Position numbers and translations under genes: made by a program
In this document: piece after piece, positions 46,280-54,717 of the stretch
How the letters are laid out: the number at the start of each line of letters is the position of its first letter
Numbering within the stretch: position 1 is the first letter of the stretch
DNA from: a virus
Taxonomy: Duplodnaviria; Caudoviricetes
DNA length: 64,000 bases
IMG/VR virus record: IMGVR_UViG_2842447887_000002
Coordinates: 930 to 64,929 of that record
Reading direction: 5' to 3' (one strand)
Notes under the pieces: model-generated
The model's database searches: none
The model's input: the letters and a program-made list of their open reading frames with translations, nothing else
Told to the model about the DNA's origin: nothing

Positions 46280-46742
46280 ACTGAGAAAGGCCGGCTATGG
46301 CCTCACCGTGGCGGGCGCGCTCGCGGTCGGGTTCGTCGGCGGCAAGGAAGGCGTCAGCACCAAGGCGTACCGCGATATCGTCGGCGTTCCGACCATCTGC
46401 TTCGGGGAGACCCGTGGCGTGAAAATGGGCGATACCGCCACGATGGACGAATGCAAGGCCATGCTCGGCGACGCGCTCGTCGAATTCGAGGGCAATATGC
46501 GGGCCTGCCTCACCAACCCGGACAAGATCCCCGACAAGCCTTATGTGTCCTTCCTGTCGCTGTCCTACAACATCGGCAGCCACGCCTTCTGCGGCTCGAC
46601 GGTCGCACGCAAGGCGAATGCCGGCGATCTCGTCGGCGCTTGCAACGCGATCCTGGCATGGAACAAGGCGGGCGGCCGGGTGATAAACGGCCTGACGCTT
46701 CGCCGGCAGGAAGAGCGCCGCATGTGCCTCGAGGGCGTGTAG
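46269..46742 (+). CDS. Endolysin, GH24 lysozyme (SAR-type N-terminus)
   Basis: EG...AYRDIVGVPTICFGET, SYNIG, WNKAGGRVINGLTLRRQEE. Confidence 0.92.
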   Translation: MASRLRKAGYGLTVAGALAVGFVGGKEGVSTKAYRDIVGVPTICFGETRGVKMGDTATMDECKAMLGDALVEFEGNMRACLTNPDKIPDKPYVSFLSLSYNIGSHAFCGSTVARKANAGDLVGACNAILAWNKAGGRVINGLTLRRQEERRMCLEGV

Positions 46743-47204
46743 ATGGGGTCGTCAATCCTCGCCTTCCTGCTGCGCACGATCGGCGTCGGCGGCTGCGCCT
46801 TCCTTGCCCTCTACGTCTACGACTGGGGCCTGCCGGGTGCGGCGCGCATTCCCTACCTGTCTAGCATTCCGATCATTGGCGACCTGACGACGGGCAGGGC
46901 GCATTCCTACGCCGCCGACCAGGTTAAGGTCGCCACCGCGGCGCAGAAGGCGCAATGCGACGCGAGGCTGGAGAAAACGGTCTCGACCTTCCAATACGAT
47001 GTCTTGGCCGCGCAGCTGGCCGAGGAGCGCAAGAGACGCCTGATCGCCGACCTGCTGACCACCGAGGCGTCGAAGCGCGCCGAGGCGGCCGTGCGGGCGA
47101 AATCGGCGGCAGAGGCCGAGCTCGAGGCGCGCATTGCGGCCGATAACGGCGCAGACGGCGGCAGATGGACCGAGGAGGACCTGAAATGGGATGGAAAACA
47201 CTGA
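46743..47204 (+). CDS. Inner-membrane spanin (Rz-like)
   Basis: N-terminal TM plus coiled coil, after the endolysin. Confidence 0.65.
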   Translation: MGSSILAFLLRTIGVGGCAFLALYVYDWGLPGAARIPYLSSIPIIGDLTTGRAHSYAADQVKVATAAQKAQCDARLEKTVSTFQYDVLAAQLAEERKRRLIADLLTTEASKRAEAAVRAKSAAEAELEARIAADNGADGGRWTEEDLKWDGKH

Positions 47205-47497
47205 TCTTCATCCCGCTTGCTTTGCTCCTGATGAGCAACAAGGGTTGTCAGGCGATCGACGAGCGGGCGAGCTCGGCAGCCGAAGCAAAGGGGCGTACGG
47301 CCGCGGCCGTCGACTTCCCGCCGCTTCCTGCTGCGTGCACGGCACATGTCGACCGCGTCCGGCCGAAGGTCGGCGAAAAATTCCGCTGGATCCAGAGCCG
47401 CTGGGAAGTCACCGCGGACAATCGCGATCGGCAGGCTGACGACTGCGCCGCGTGGGGACGCGACATGAAAACTCGCTACGGCGGCGGGCCGCGGTGA
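47186..47497 (+). CDS. Outer-membrane spanin lipoprotein (Rz1-like)
   Basis: GAGGAGG RBS; signal peptide ending NKG-C; Pro-rich segment. Confidence 0.65.
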   Translation: MGWKTLIFIPLALLLMSNKGCQAIDERASSAAEAKGRTAAAVDFPPLPAACTAHVDRVRPKVGEKFRWIQSRWEVTADNRDRQADDCAAWGRDMKTRYGGGPR

Positions 47498-47652
47498 TCA
47501 AACGGCCGGCGTCATCCTGCGCCAACAGGATACGCCGACCTCGCCACACGATCGGCAGGGATCGCCATGGCTTGCGGGGACACTACCTGCCGGTGCTTCC
47601 CGGACGGTTGACATATTCAGTCGAAATTTAAGCAGAGGCAGGGCTAAGGGGA

Positions 47653-48279
47653 ATGGCAGAGGTCACCGATATGAGTGCGAACGGCAACGGAATGGAGCCC
47701 ATCTTGAATGTGGCTCGATTATCTGAGCGAGTGGAGAACCAGGGTAAGGATATCATGGATCTCCGGTCGAACATGAATTCCGGGTTCCAGGGCGTCAATG
47801 CGAACATCACCGCCCTTTCCAGTGAACTCCGCAGCAGCAGCAAGACGCACTGGCCTGCCATCTGGGCGGCTCTCAGCGTCGGAATGAGCATCCTCGCCGG
47901 CCTCGGCTTTTTGTCGCTGCAGCCGATCAAGGACAATACGAACCGGCTCGAAAACGCCATGGTTCGCCTGGCCGAAACGACCGTTTCCCAAAAGGAGATG
48001 GAATGGCGCACACAGCGGGGCGCCGAAGATCGCAAGCGCCAGGACGATGCCCTGGTCGATCTCAGGGCGAGTTCCGTCACCCGCAACGAATGGAGCGAGC
48101 GAAATCACGCCCGCGACAACGAAATCGCCGAACTCAGCCGCCGCATCGACGAGCTGCGGCAGGAAGTCGGATCGGTCTACGGGACGCGCGATGTCATCGT
48201 CGACCTGAAGCGCCAGCTGGACACATTGCGTCAGCGGGTGTTCGAATCCAGAGGCGACGGCCGCGGCGCGCCCGAGTGA
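47653..48279 (+). CDS. Coiled-coil membrane protein
   Basis: Central TM WPAIWAALSVGMSILAGLGFL flanked by coiled coils. Confidence 0.7.
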   Translation: MAEVTDMSANGNGMEPILNVARLSERVENQGKDIMDLRSNMNSGFQGVNANITALSSELRSSSKTHWPAIWAALSVGMSILAGLGFLSLQPIKDNTNRLENAMVRLAETTVSQKEMEWRTQRGAEDRKRQDDALVDLRASSVTRNEWSERNHARDNEIAELSRRIDELRQEVGSVYGTRDVIVDLKRQLDTLRQRVFESRGDGRGAPE

Positions 48280-48285
48280 GCGACA

Positions 48286-48507
48286 TCAGGCGCTGTTCCA
48301 AGCCTCGACCGCCCGCCAGGTCTCGTGCTCGAGCTGGCGGGCGGCATCACGAAAGAACCTTTCCATCGTCTCGATGGTGATCTCGTCTCCGCATTTTGCG
48401 CAGGAGATCCGCGCCGTGGCGTCGTGAACCACGCGCGCCTTGCCGCCGCAGCCGCATTTCCTCAGGCGCGGCGTGGTGTCGTCCGTTCTCATCGGCTGCC
48501 ACCGCAT
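48286..48507 (-). CDS. Zn-ribbon protein resembling the Lar restriction-alleviation family
   Basis: LRKCGCGGKA...CAKCG...AVEAWN. Confidence 0.55.
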   Translation of the reverse strand: MRWQPMRTDDTTPRLRKCGCGGKARVVHDATARISCAKCGDEITIETMERFFRDAARQLEHETWRAVEAWNSA

Positions 48508-48779
48508 CACTCTTCCCCCAGATATGACCCAAATCGCAGCTTTCCGGATTTCGCTCCGCATGCGCTGCATTTCAGATGGGGCTCGATCTCGCTGATCAGC
48601 GCCTGGCGAAAAGCCGCTGGCAGGCTGTCCCTCGCGAATTCCCGCATCTCGCCACAGGCGGTGCATTCCGCCATGATATCGAGGTGCGCCGGCGTGACGT
48701 TGAAATAGCCGGGCGTCCAGTCCCTGATCGCGCGAAAGCGGCGCCGCGTCGATTTTCCTGGTGTCTCAAGTTTGGTCAT
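48507..48779 (-). CDS. Small Zn-binding protein, possibly SOS-regulated
   Basis: CTACG ... LKCSACG. Confidence 0.7.
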   Translation of the reverse strand: MTKLETPGKSTRRRFRAIRDWTPGYFNVTPAHLDIMAECTACGEMREFARDSLPAAFRQALISEIEPHLKCSACGAKSGKLRFGSYLGEE

Positions 48780-48844
48780 GCGTCATCGTCCCCGCGTGAG
48801 GTCCCTTTCTGCCGCATGTGTCGTGAGCGCTCCGCCCGAGCGAA

Positions 48845-48859
48845 GTTGCTAATATGTTC
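48845..48859 (-). promoter_or_regulatory. Possible alphaproteobacterial LexA box
   Basis: GTTG-N7-GTTC, one mismatch to GTTC-N7-GTTC, upstream of 48507-48779. Confidence 0.45.
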
Positions 48860-48892
48860 TCATCGGCGGGCGAGTCAAGTCGCTACCGAAGT

Positions 48893-49138
48893 TCACTTGG
48901 CCGCTTCTTTAACGATCTCGGCGATCTCTAAAGGCAGGAAGCCAGATTTAAGCGGGCTCTTGGATGCCAACTCTGTCAGCGCCCACCGTGCGGCGGCGAG
49001 ATGGATCGGCCGGATAGGGCTCTTGCCGCTCTCAATATCCTGGTAGCTGCGAAACGCCATGCCCATGGCTGCCGCGAATTCTGCCTGCGTAAGGGCGGCG
49101 CCGGATCGATAGTATTTCAGGATGTTTTCGCCCGTCAT
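48893..49138 (-). CDS. XRE-family HTH regulator
   Basis: LTQAEFAAAMGMAFRSYQDIESGK. Confidence 0.85.
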   Translation of the reverse strand: MTGENILKYYRSGAALTQAEFAAAMGMAFRSYQDIESGKSPIRPIHLAAARWALTELASKSPLKSGFLPLEIAEIVKEAAK

Positions 49139-49180
49139 GGTCGTCGTCATTGAAGCGATCCCTCAGGTTTGCTATATCTT

Positions 49181-49216
49181 GGGAACCGGAGGGGTGGCTA
49201 GACCCCTCCGGCCCCC
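49181..49216. other. Strong GC hairpin without U-tract between the peptide and XRE genes
   Basis: CCGGAGGGGT-GGCTAG-ACCCCTCCGG (49186-49211), extendable to 15 bp with G-U pairs on the minus strand. Confidence 0.8.
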
Positions 49217-49218
49217 AG

Positions 49219-49287
49219 TTACCGGCCGATGGAGATTGTCAGTCTCCACTTGCCGAACCGGACTTGGAAGGTGAGCTTGACGCTCAT
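49219..49287 (-). CDS. 22-aa peptide MSVKLTFQVRFGKWRLTISIGR
   Basis: Strong GGAGG RBS; ATG at 49287, TAA at 49219-21; alternating hydrophobic beta-hairpin pattern. Confidence 0.65.
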   Translation of the reverse strand: MSVKLTFQVRFGKWRLTISIGR

Positions 49288-49331
49288 GGTAGCCTCCAGT
49301 CCTCCCGAAGCGGGATTGCTTCGGTAAGATT

Positions 49332-49383
49332 GTTATGCACGAAAACCGTGCTTAACGCAAGTGGAAAAGCACGAAAACCGTGT
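49332..49383 (-). promoter_or_regulatory. Promoter with two operator copies for the peptide-XRE unit
   Basis: GCACGAAAACCGTG(C/T) at 49337-51 and 49369-83; minus-strand TTGCGT-N17-CATAAC. Confidence 0.65.
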
Positions 49384-49444
49384 TTATTTTGCCGTCTGGA
49401 GCGATCCGGGCGGCTTTTCTATTTTTCATGTCAGGGTAGTGGCG

Positions 49445-49675
49445 TTAATTGCGCTTGCGGCTGGCGATGATCTTGCGCCGCAGGCGATCGAAGTCGGCGA
49501 TGATATCAATGAGCTCCGGATCCTGCACATCGAGATCGCCAGGAGCAAAGGAAGCTATGATGCGCGCGATGATTTCCGCGGTCATCGACCGGTCATTCGC
49601 CTCGGCCGCCGCTTCAACGCGCTTTTTCAGTTCTTCAGATATTCGTAACCTAAAATATAAGTCGTCTTTCGCCAT
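49445..49675 (-). CDS. Arc/Mnt-family ribbon-helix-helix repressor
   Basis: YFRLRISEELKKRVEAAAEANDRSMTAEIIARI; ATGCCAC repeats upstream (49685-49725). Confidence 0.85.
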   Translation of the reverse strand: MAKDDLYFRLRISEELKKRVEAAAEANDRSMTAEIIARIIASFAPGDLDVQDPELIDIIADFDRLRRKIIASRKRN

Positions 49676-49875
49676 GCCCCACCGATGCCACAAAGAGGGG
49701 TTGACCGATATGCCACCACGATGCCACCAAATGATAATGCTTATCCGAGGTTGAGCGTGGTTAACGAAGCGCATCATCTCCCGATAGTGCAGGCAGGGAT
49801 GAGAAAACGACGCGGCCGGTGCAGGCCCTTGGGCCGGCCGCGTCGGGCGAGGACATGATCTAAGGGAAATGAGAC

Positions 49876-50256
49876 ATGCAGAGCGATGCAAGACGTGACG
49901 GCAGCGCCGGCGCGAACGAGATCATCTGTCGCTATCGCAGAGGAATGCTTGCCGGAGCAGCCGCGATAGCGGCGGCGGCTCTGACTTCCCGCCCGTCGGC
50001 CGGGCCGCACGACGGAACATTACGCTACCTGCGCGGAGAATTTCTGCGCGTGGCCGATCGCATGGCGGCGGCCGCAGACAAGGACCGGCAGGCCCTCTTC
50101 GGCGAGATGGTGAGGATCGCCGGCGCCATGGCGGTGATTCCGGCAGGAGGAGGCGAAGCGCGGCGGGCCAAGGCGGAAATCGCCGCCTGGTCGACGCGGG
50201 ACGGGATCGGCACGATCAGGCTGCCCGGCGAGCTGGTGACGGCGTTGAACGGATAG
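49876..50256 (+). CDS. Hypothetical protein divergent from the Arc repressor
   Basis: 126-aa ORF with an upstream hairpin and RBS. Confidence 0.55.
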   Translation: MQSDARRDGSAGANEIICRYRRGMLAGAAAIAAAALTSRPSAGPHDGTLRYLRGEFLRVADRMAAAADKDRQALFGEMVRIAGAMAVIPAGGGEARRAKAEIAAWSTRDGIGTIRLPGELVTALNG

Positions 50257-50325
50257 GAGTGCGCGCGGCAGAGATAATGAATATGGGTCAATTGCTTTTT
50301 AAGCTGTTGCTGATGTCATGGCGGC

Positions 50326-51378
50326 ATGACAAAGCCGCCTCGCAAGCCCGCCAAGCCGCTGCTCGGCGATGCCGACGCGCCGCTCCGAAGCCGGCCGCGC
50401 CGCCGGCGCGATCCCGCCCAGCCGAACTTGTCCTTCGACCCCATGCCGTCGCGCGTCGATCCGTGCCTGGCGCTATTGAAGCCGCGGCCGCCGAAGGGCC
50501 GGCAGTGGGCTTTCGAGGTGAAATGGGACGGTTACCGCATCGCCGTCCACATCGAACCCTCGGGCGTGCGCATCCTGACGCGCGGCGGCCATGACTGGAC
50601 CGATCGCTTTCCGGCGATCGCGGCCGAGGCAAAGCGCCTTCCGATTTCGACAGCGATATTGGATGGCGAAGCCGTCGTGTTCGACGAGCAGGGCCGGTCA
50701 GACTTCGGGCGGCTGCAACAGTCGCTTGGCGGCCGCGGCGGCAAGCGGATGTCGCGGGAAGCGGTCTTCATGGCGTTCGACCTTCTCTATTTTGACGGCC
50801 ATGACCTCACGGAAACGGAACTCACCGCACGGCGCCATCTCCTCGAGGGGCTGGTGCCTGCCGGCGGCGAGGATGCCATTCGACTGTCCGAGGAGATCGA
50901 GGCGGATGGGGATGTGCTGCTGCGCATCGCCTGCGAGCATGGGCTGGAGGGGATAATCGCGAAGGACCGCAACAGCTCCTATCGCAGCGGGCGGTGGGGC
51001 GACTGGCTGAAGATCAAATGCATCCAGAGCGATGGTTTCGCGATCGTCGGCTACCAGCGCTCAAGCTCGGCGTTCGGGAATATCGGCGCGCTGCTGCTGG
51101 CTGCTCGAAAGGGTGCTGATTTGGTTTACGTCGGATCGGTCGGCACGGGCTTCAAGGCAGACGAGGCAATGAAGCTGCGCGCGATGATGGACAAGCTCAA
51201 GGCTGCCCGGCCTGCGGTCAGATATGCCGGCCGGCGCAAGAACCTTGTCTGGATCAAGCCGACGCTGGTTGCGGAGATCGAATATCGCGCCTGGACGCAT
51301 GACGGAAAGCTGCGGCACGCGTCCTATAAGGGCCTGCGCGATCGGGCGGACAATGCGGCGGTTTATCAGTTGGAGTGA
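50326..51378 (+). CDS. ATP-dependent DNA ligase (stand-alone LigD-type ligase domain)
   Basis: EVKWDGYR, LDGEAV, AFDLL, EGIIAKD, WLKIKC, VGSVGTGF, EIEYRAWT..GKLRH. Confidence 0.92.
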   Translation: MTKPPRKPAKPLLGDADAPLRSRPRRRRDPAQPNLSFDPMPSRVDPCLALLKPRPPKGRQWAFEVKWDGYRIAVHIEPSGVRILTRGGHDWTDRFPAIAAEAKRLPISTAILDGEAVVFDEQGRSDFGRLQQSLGGRGGKRMSREAVFMAFDLLYFDGHDLTETELTARRHLLEGLVPAGGEDAIRLSEEIEADGDVLLRIACEHGLEGIIAKDRNSSYRSGRWGDWLKIKCIQSDGFAIVGYQRSSSAFGNIGALLLAARKGADLVYVGSVGTGFKADEAMKLRAMMDKLKAARPAVRYAGRRKNLVWIKPTLVAEIEYRAWTHDGKLRHASYKGLRDRADNAAVYQLE

Positions 51379-52697
51379 TCCCATCGGAACTTGATGGCTT
51401 CCAGCAGCGCCTGGCGCCGCTTCATCTCCGAACCGTCGCCATAGACCGGCCGACCGAATTCATGGCCCATCAGGTCGGCCTGCATGCGATCTGAGACGCC
51501 GGCGTTCTCGATGCGGTCCTGGAAGGTGTGGCGGAACGAATAGAGTGTGTGCTTGCCGCCGGCCGGCCGCAGGCCTTCCTTCTTCATCATCTTGTTGATC
51601 AGCGCCGAGGCGACATCGGCCTTGTCCTGATAGCGCGGGAAACCATCGGGGTATTGCTTCGCGGCCCATAGGGCGATGCCGACGAGGGGGATGCGGCGGA
51701 TGGAGTGCTCGGTCTTCTGGCGGCGATCGGTGCGCTCGGCGACCTCGACATGCGGCACGTCGTCGTCGAGCCGGATGTCCTGCGGGCGAAGATTGCAGAC
51801 CTCGCCAAGCCGCATGCCGGTTTCGATCATAATGTAGACGATGCAGCGGGCGTCGAGGTTCATTGTCTCCAGCGCGCCGTTGGCGAGGATCCTGGACTGG
51901 ACCCAATCGACCGAGAACGGATGCCGCTTCTTGAGCTTGTTGGCGTTAGTCTCCTTGATGCGGCTCTTCGTCCACACTTCCTTGAAGTTGGTGTGCAGGG
52001 CGTCGTCGATGACGGTCAGCATGCCGAGCATGTCGCTGAAGCTGCGGTTCGCTGTATAGGCCCTCAAGCCTTCCGCCTTGACCTTCTGCGTCCACCAGGT
52101 GCGGTAGCGCAGGACGTCGGCGCGGGTGATCTTGCCGAGTTCGAGATCCGTCAGCTCCTGCTTGGCGTATTCGATGGCCCTCAGGCGCGAGTTCTTGTGC
52201 TTGCGCAGCTGGTCCGGCGACATGCCGGTCATTCCCGCCTCGTTGTGTTCCTCATAGAGCTGCCAGACGTCGCTAAGCCGCGGCGCCGGCTCGCCGGCGG
52301 TGCCCATCACCGCATCGACGATCGTCTCCGACTGATCGAATGCATCTTCGGCGATCGCGATGCGCCGTTCGAACTCGCCGAGGTCGGCATCTGCGACGTC
52401 GGTGGCCGGCTTGTATGTGAAGCCGAGCGACTGGGCGGCCTTCAGGGCAGCCTCGTAGCGCGCGATAGACGAATCCTTGCCCTCGCCGTGCAGCAACGCG
52501 CCCCATAGGGTCTCGAGCGCCTGGTGGACGGCTTCCGCCCGGCTGAGAGCTTCCTTGTGGTTTTTCGTCTTCAGGGATTGTTTGACGTGAACGCGGCCGT
52601 CGAGCGGCACGACCTCGACCGGCACGCGTCTATAGTAGCGGTATATGCCGCTTGTCGGATGCTTGATCACGTATTTCGAGATGTCGTCTGTAGCCAT
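51366..52697 (-). CDS. int: Tyrosine recombinase/integrase
   Basis: YYRRVP N-terminal domain, TGMRLGEV, YSFRHTF, LMGH, VYG. Confidence 0.93.
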   Translation of the reverse strand: MATDDISKYVIKHPTSGIYRYYRRVPVEVVPLDGRVHVKQSLKTKNHKEALSRAEAVHQALETLWGALLHGEGKDSSIARYEAALKAAQSLGFTYKPATDVADADLGEFERRIAIAEDAFDQSETIVDAVMGTAGEPAPRLSDVWQLYEEHNEAGMTGMSPDQLRKHKNSRLRAIEYAKQELTDLELGKITRADVLRYRTWWTQKVKAEGLRAYTANRSFSDMLGMLTVIDDALHTNFKEVWTKSRIKETNANKLKKRHPFSVDWVQSRILANGALETMNLDARCIVYIMIETGMRLGEVCNLRPQDIRLDDDVPHVEVAERTDRRQKTEHSIRRIPLVGIALWAAKQYPDGFPRYQDKADVASALINKMMKKEGLRPAGGKHTLYSFRHTFQDRIENAGVSDRMQADLMGHEFGRPVYGDGSEMKRRQALLEAIKFRWDHSN

Positions 52698-52730
52698 AGG
52701 TCGGGCATCCTGTTGGCTTGCGCGGTACGA

Positions 52731-52765
52731 TGTAGGACAAAATGTATCCCAAAATGTAGCCAAAA
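52731..52765. repeat. Putative integrase arm-type sites
   Basis: TGTAGGACAAAA / TGTATCCCAAAA / TGTAGCCAAAA, 12-bp period, between int and the tRNA. Confidence 0.55.
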
Positions 52766-52777
52766 AAACAAGAGGCA

Positions 52778-52793
52778 GCGGAACATGTTCCGC
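52778..52793. promoter_or_regulatory. CI-type operator upstream of int
   Basis: Perfect palindrome GCGGAACATGTTCCGC matching the OL/OR consensus GCGGAA-N4-TTCCGC. Confidence 0.7.
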
Positions 52794-52877
52794 AGCGCGA
52801 CGCGTTCCGCTGTTGTCAAGATATTGAAAAGGCTAGAAAAATTAAAGGCCGCGCGGTTGGCGCAGCCTTGGAAAATT

Positions 52878-52952
52878 TGGCTCCCCGGGCCGGATTCGAA
52901 CCGGCGACCTGTCGATTAACAGTCGAATGCTCTACCGCTGAGCTACCAGGGA
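52878..52952 (-). tRNA. tRNA-Asn (GTT), prophage attachment target
   Basis: TCCCTGG...CTGTTAA...GGTTCGAATCC...CCA cloverleaf. Confidence 0.97.
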
Positions 52953-53069
52953 TCACTGCTTGGCGCGGTGTGAGTGGGCTAATACAAATGCTTGCCCGAT
53001 TTGCCAAGCGGTTTTTTCAAAAAAATGAAATGAACTTGTATTTGGGTAGCCTATGCCCATCTCTGGGAA

Positions 53070-53384
53070 ATGACAAATCGGAATGATCGCCAGGGCGCGG
53101 GCAGCGATAAGCGCAAGGTGCGGGCACGGCGCTTCGGCATCGATCACGCAAGCCACAGGCTTATGCTCGGCGCCTTCAGCATTGGAATGCCGCGTTCGCG
53201 CGTTGGGCGTATGACAATCGGCGTGGCCCTCGTCTTGTGTGGATTCCTGGGCTTTCTCCCGATTCTGGGTTTCTGGATGCTGCCGCTCGGCCTCCTGGTG
53301 CTCTCGCATGATCTTCCGGTAGCGCGCAGGCTTCGGCGCCGGCTGGCGGTCTGGTGGCACAGGCGGCGAAGGCCGGCCGGATAA
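53070..53384 (+). CDS. Conserved small membrane protein (host)
   Basis: GVALVLCGFLGFLPILGFWMLPLGLLVL. Confidence 0.75.
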   Translation: MTNRNDRQGAGSDKRKVRARRFGIDHASHRLMLGAFSIGMPRSRVGRMTIGVALVLCGFLGFLPILGFWMLPLGLLVLSHDLPVARRLRRRLAVWWHRRRRPAG

Positions 53385-53478
53385 CGGTGAACGCCGAAGA
53401 GCCCGCCCACGGTGATCGCTTTTCTCGTTGTGGTTTATGGAGCTCCAAACGTGCCACGATCGTCCGCGGGGTGAGGTG

Positions 53479-53766
53479 ATGAAGGTATTCTTGATTGTCG
53501 TCCTGTCAGCGGCGGCGATTCTTTCGGCAGGGGCGGCCGGAGCCCAACCTGTCGACAGCCGCGGATTTGACGCCAGCGGTATCTGCCGCCGTCCGGAAGG
53601 CTGCGTCATCGATCAAGGCCAGGGCGGCGGCTATAGCGGGCCTCGCAACTATCGCAATTTTAACGGCCGCAACGAGCGCGACGGCGACAACGACCGGGGC
53701 CGGGACGAACGCCGCTACCGCTCCCGGAGCAGGACCTCGCTTGCGACTGTCAGCAACGTTGCCTGA
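53479..53766 (+). CDS. Small secreted protein (host)
   Basis: Signal peptide; GAGGTG RBS. Confidence 0.65.
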   Translation: MKVFLIVVLSAAAILSAGAAGAQPVDSRGFDASGICRRPEGCVIDQGQGGGYSGPRNYRNFNGRNERDGDNDRGRDERRYRSRSRTSLATVSNVA

Positions 53767-53817
53767 ATGGGCCATGCCGGCTGCCGGGATCGAGACGTAT
53801 GAATCCCGGCGGTGGTC

Positions 53818-54156
53818 CTAATTCGATCTCAGTTCGCTTTCCTCGAAAATCCCGCCATGGCCGGGATCGAGGTCGGTCGCCATCAACAGGCTGCAGGCGG
53901 CGAGAAGCAGAACGAGCTTCAGCCCATAGGTGATCATCGAGATCGGCCCCCGACGAGCCGGCGGGACGCGCGAGGGCGCGATATAGTACTGGTAATAGAA
54001 ATGGGGATCATTCGTTTCCAGCAGGTTCTGGTAGACATGCGGCGGAATGTCGGCATGTCTCACCGGCGCGGAACCAGAGAACTTTACGCGGAGATCGCCG
54101 GTTTCGGCATCATACGCGGCACGTCCCTGCTTCGACTTAAGGGCAGCCCATTCCAT
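53818..54156 (-). CDS. KTSC domain protein
   Basis: AAYDAETGDLRVKF...HADIPPHVYQNL. Confidence 0.7.
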   Translation of the reverse strand: MEWAALKSKQGRAAYDAETGDLRVKFSGSAPVRHADIPPHVYQNLLETNDPHFYYQYYIAPSRVPPARRGPISMITYGLKLVLLLAACSLLMATDLDPGHGGIFEESELRSN

Positions 54157-54416
54157 CAGCAGCTCCTTCACCCTCCCAGGGCGGAAGATGGCAGGCAGAC
54201 GTTCGAAGTCAAGTTAAGAGTTCGTTCGAATGCTGTTGTTGGTTCGAAGCAGGGCACGATCGCCAAGAGGACGTTTCAGCCTAAGGCCGGACCTGTTCCG
54301 CGATCGAAAAATGGTCTTGTCGGCTGCCGGGGAATGGCGTTTTTGCAAAATGCCCTCTTGCGATTTCCTTACGATCATTCTAAACGCTCGCCACGGCTCA
54401 GATAATGAGCATGTGA

Positions 54417-54490
54417 GGCCTCGTGGCGGAGTGGTGACGCAGAGGACTGCAAATCCTTGTACCCCGGTTCAATTCCGGGCGAGGCCTCCA
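54417..54490 (+). tRNA. tRNA-Cys (GCA), island attachment target
   Basis: GGCCTCG...CTGCAAA...GGTTCAATTCC...GAGGCCTCCA. Confidence 0.97.
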
Positions 54491-54552
54491 ACGATTTTGC
54501 CACCAAAAACAAAGGCTTAGCGCGTCATAGTCGTCAGATTGACCCTGGCTGC

Positions 54553-54649
54553 ATGTCGCATATGTTGCAATAAATTTTCCTTTATTTTCAACGATTGTCA
54601 GACGCTCCCGGCAGCTCCACGCGACATGCATGCGACATGCGCGCGACAT
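54553..54649. repeat. Putative att arm sites of the island
   Basis: GCGACAT at 54621, 54632, 54643 (11-bp period) and inverted ATGTCGC at 54553. Confidence 0.55.
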
Positions 54650-54717
54650 ACAAATCGGAGCTAAACTCAACTGTCACCTCCCTTTTCGGGCAATGGACTT
54701 TCTGGCATCCTGCCGGC

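Larger units (their letters stand above)
1..52877. mobile_element. Lambda-like temperate siphophage prophage integrated at tRNA-Asn (left end outside window)
   Basis: Lambdoid gene order (cI/cro, replication, terminase, portal, capsid, tail, lysis) ending in a tyrosine integrase next to the tRNA-Asn 3' end. Confidence 0.95.

Noticed and set aside
52878-52925. Second copy of the tRNA-Asn 3' end (att core), and likewise for tRNA-Cys
   Set aside because: Not found inside the window; both far ends lie outside, so the att cores cannot be defined
54224-54238. LexA box GTTC-N7-GTTG upstream of the KTSC gene
   Set aside because: One mismatch in a GTT-rich tract could easily be chance, and there is no supporting context
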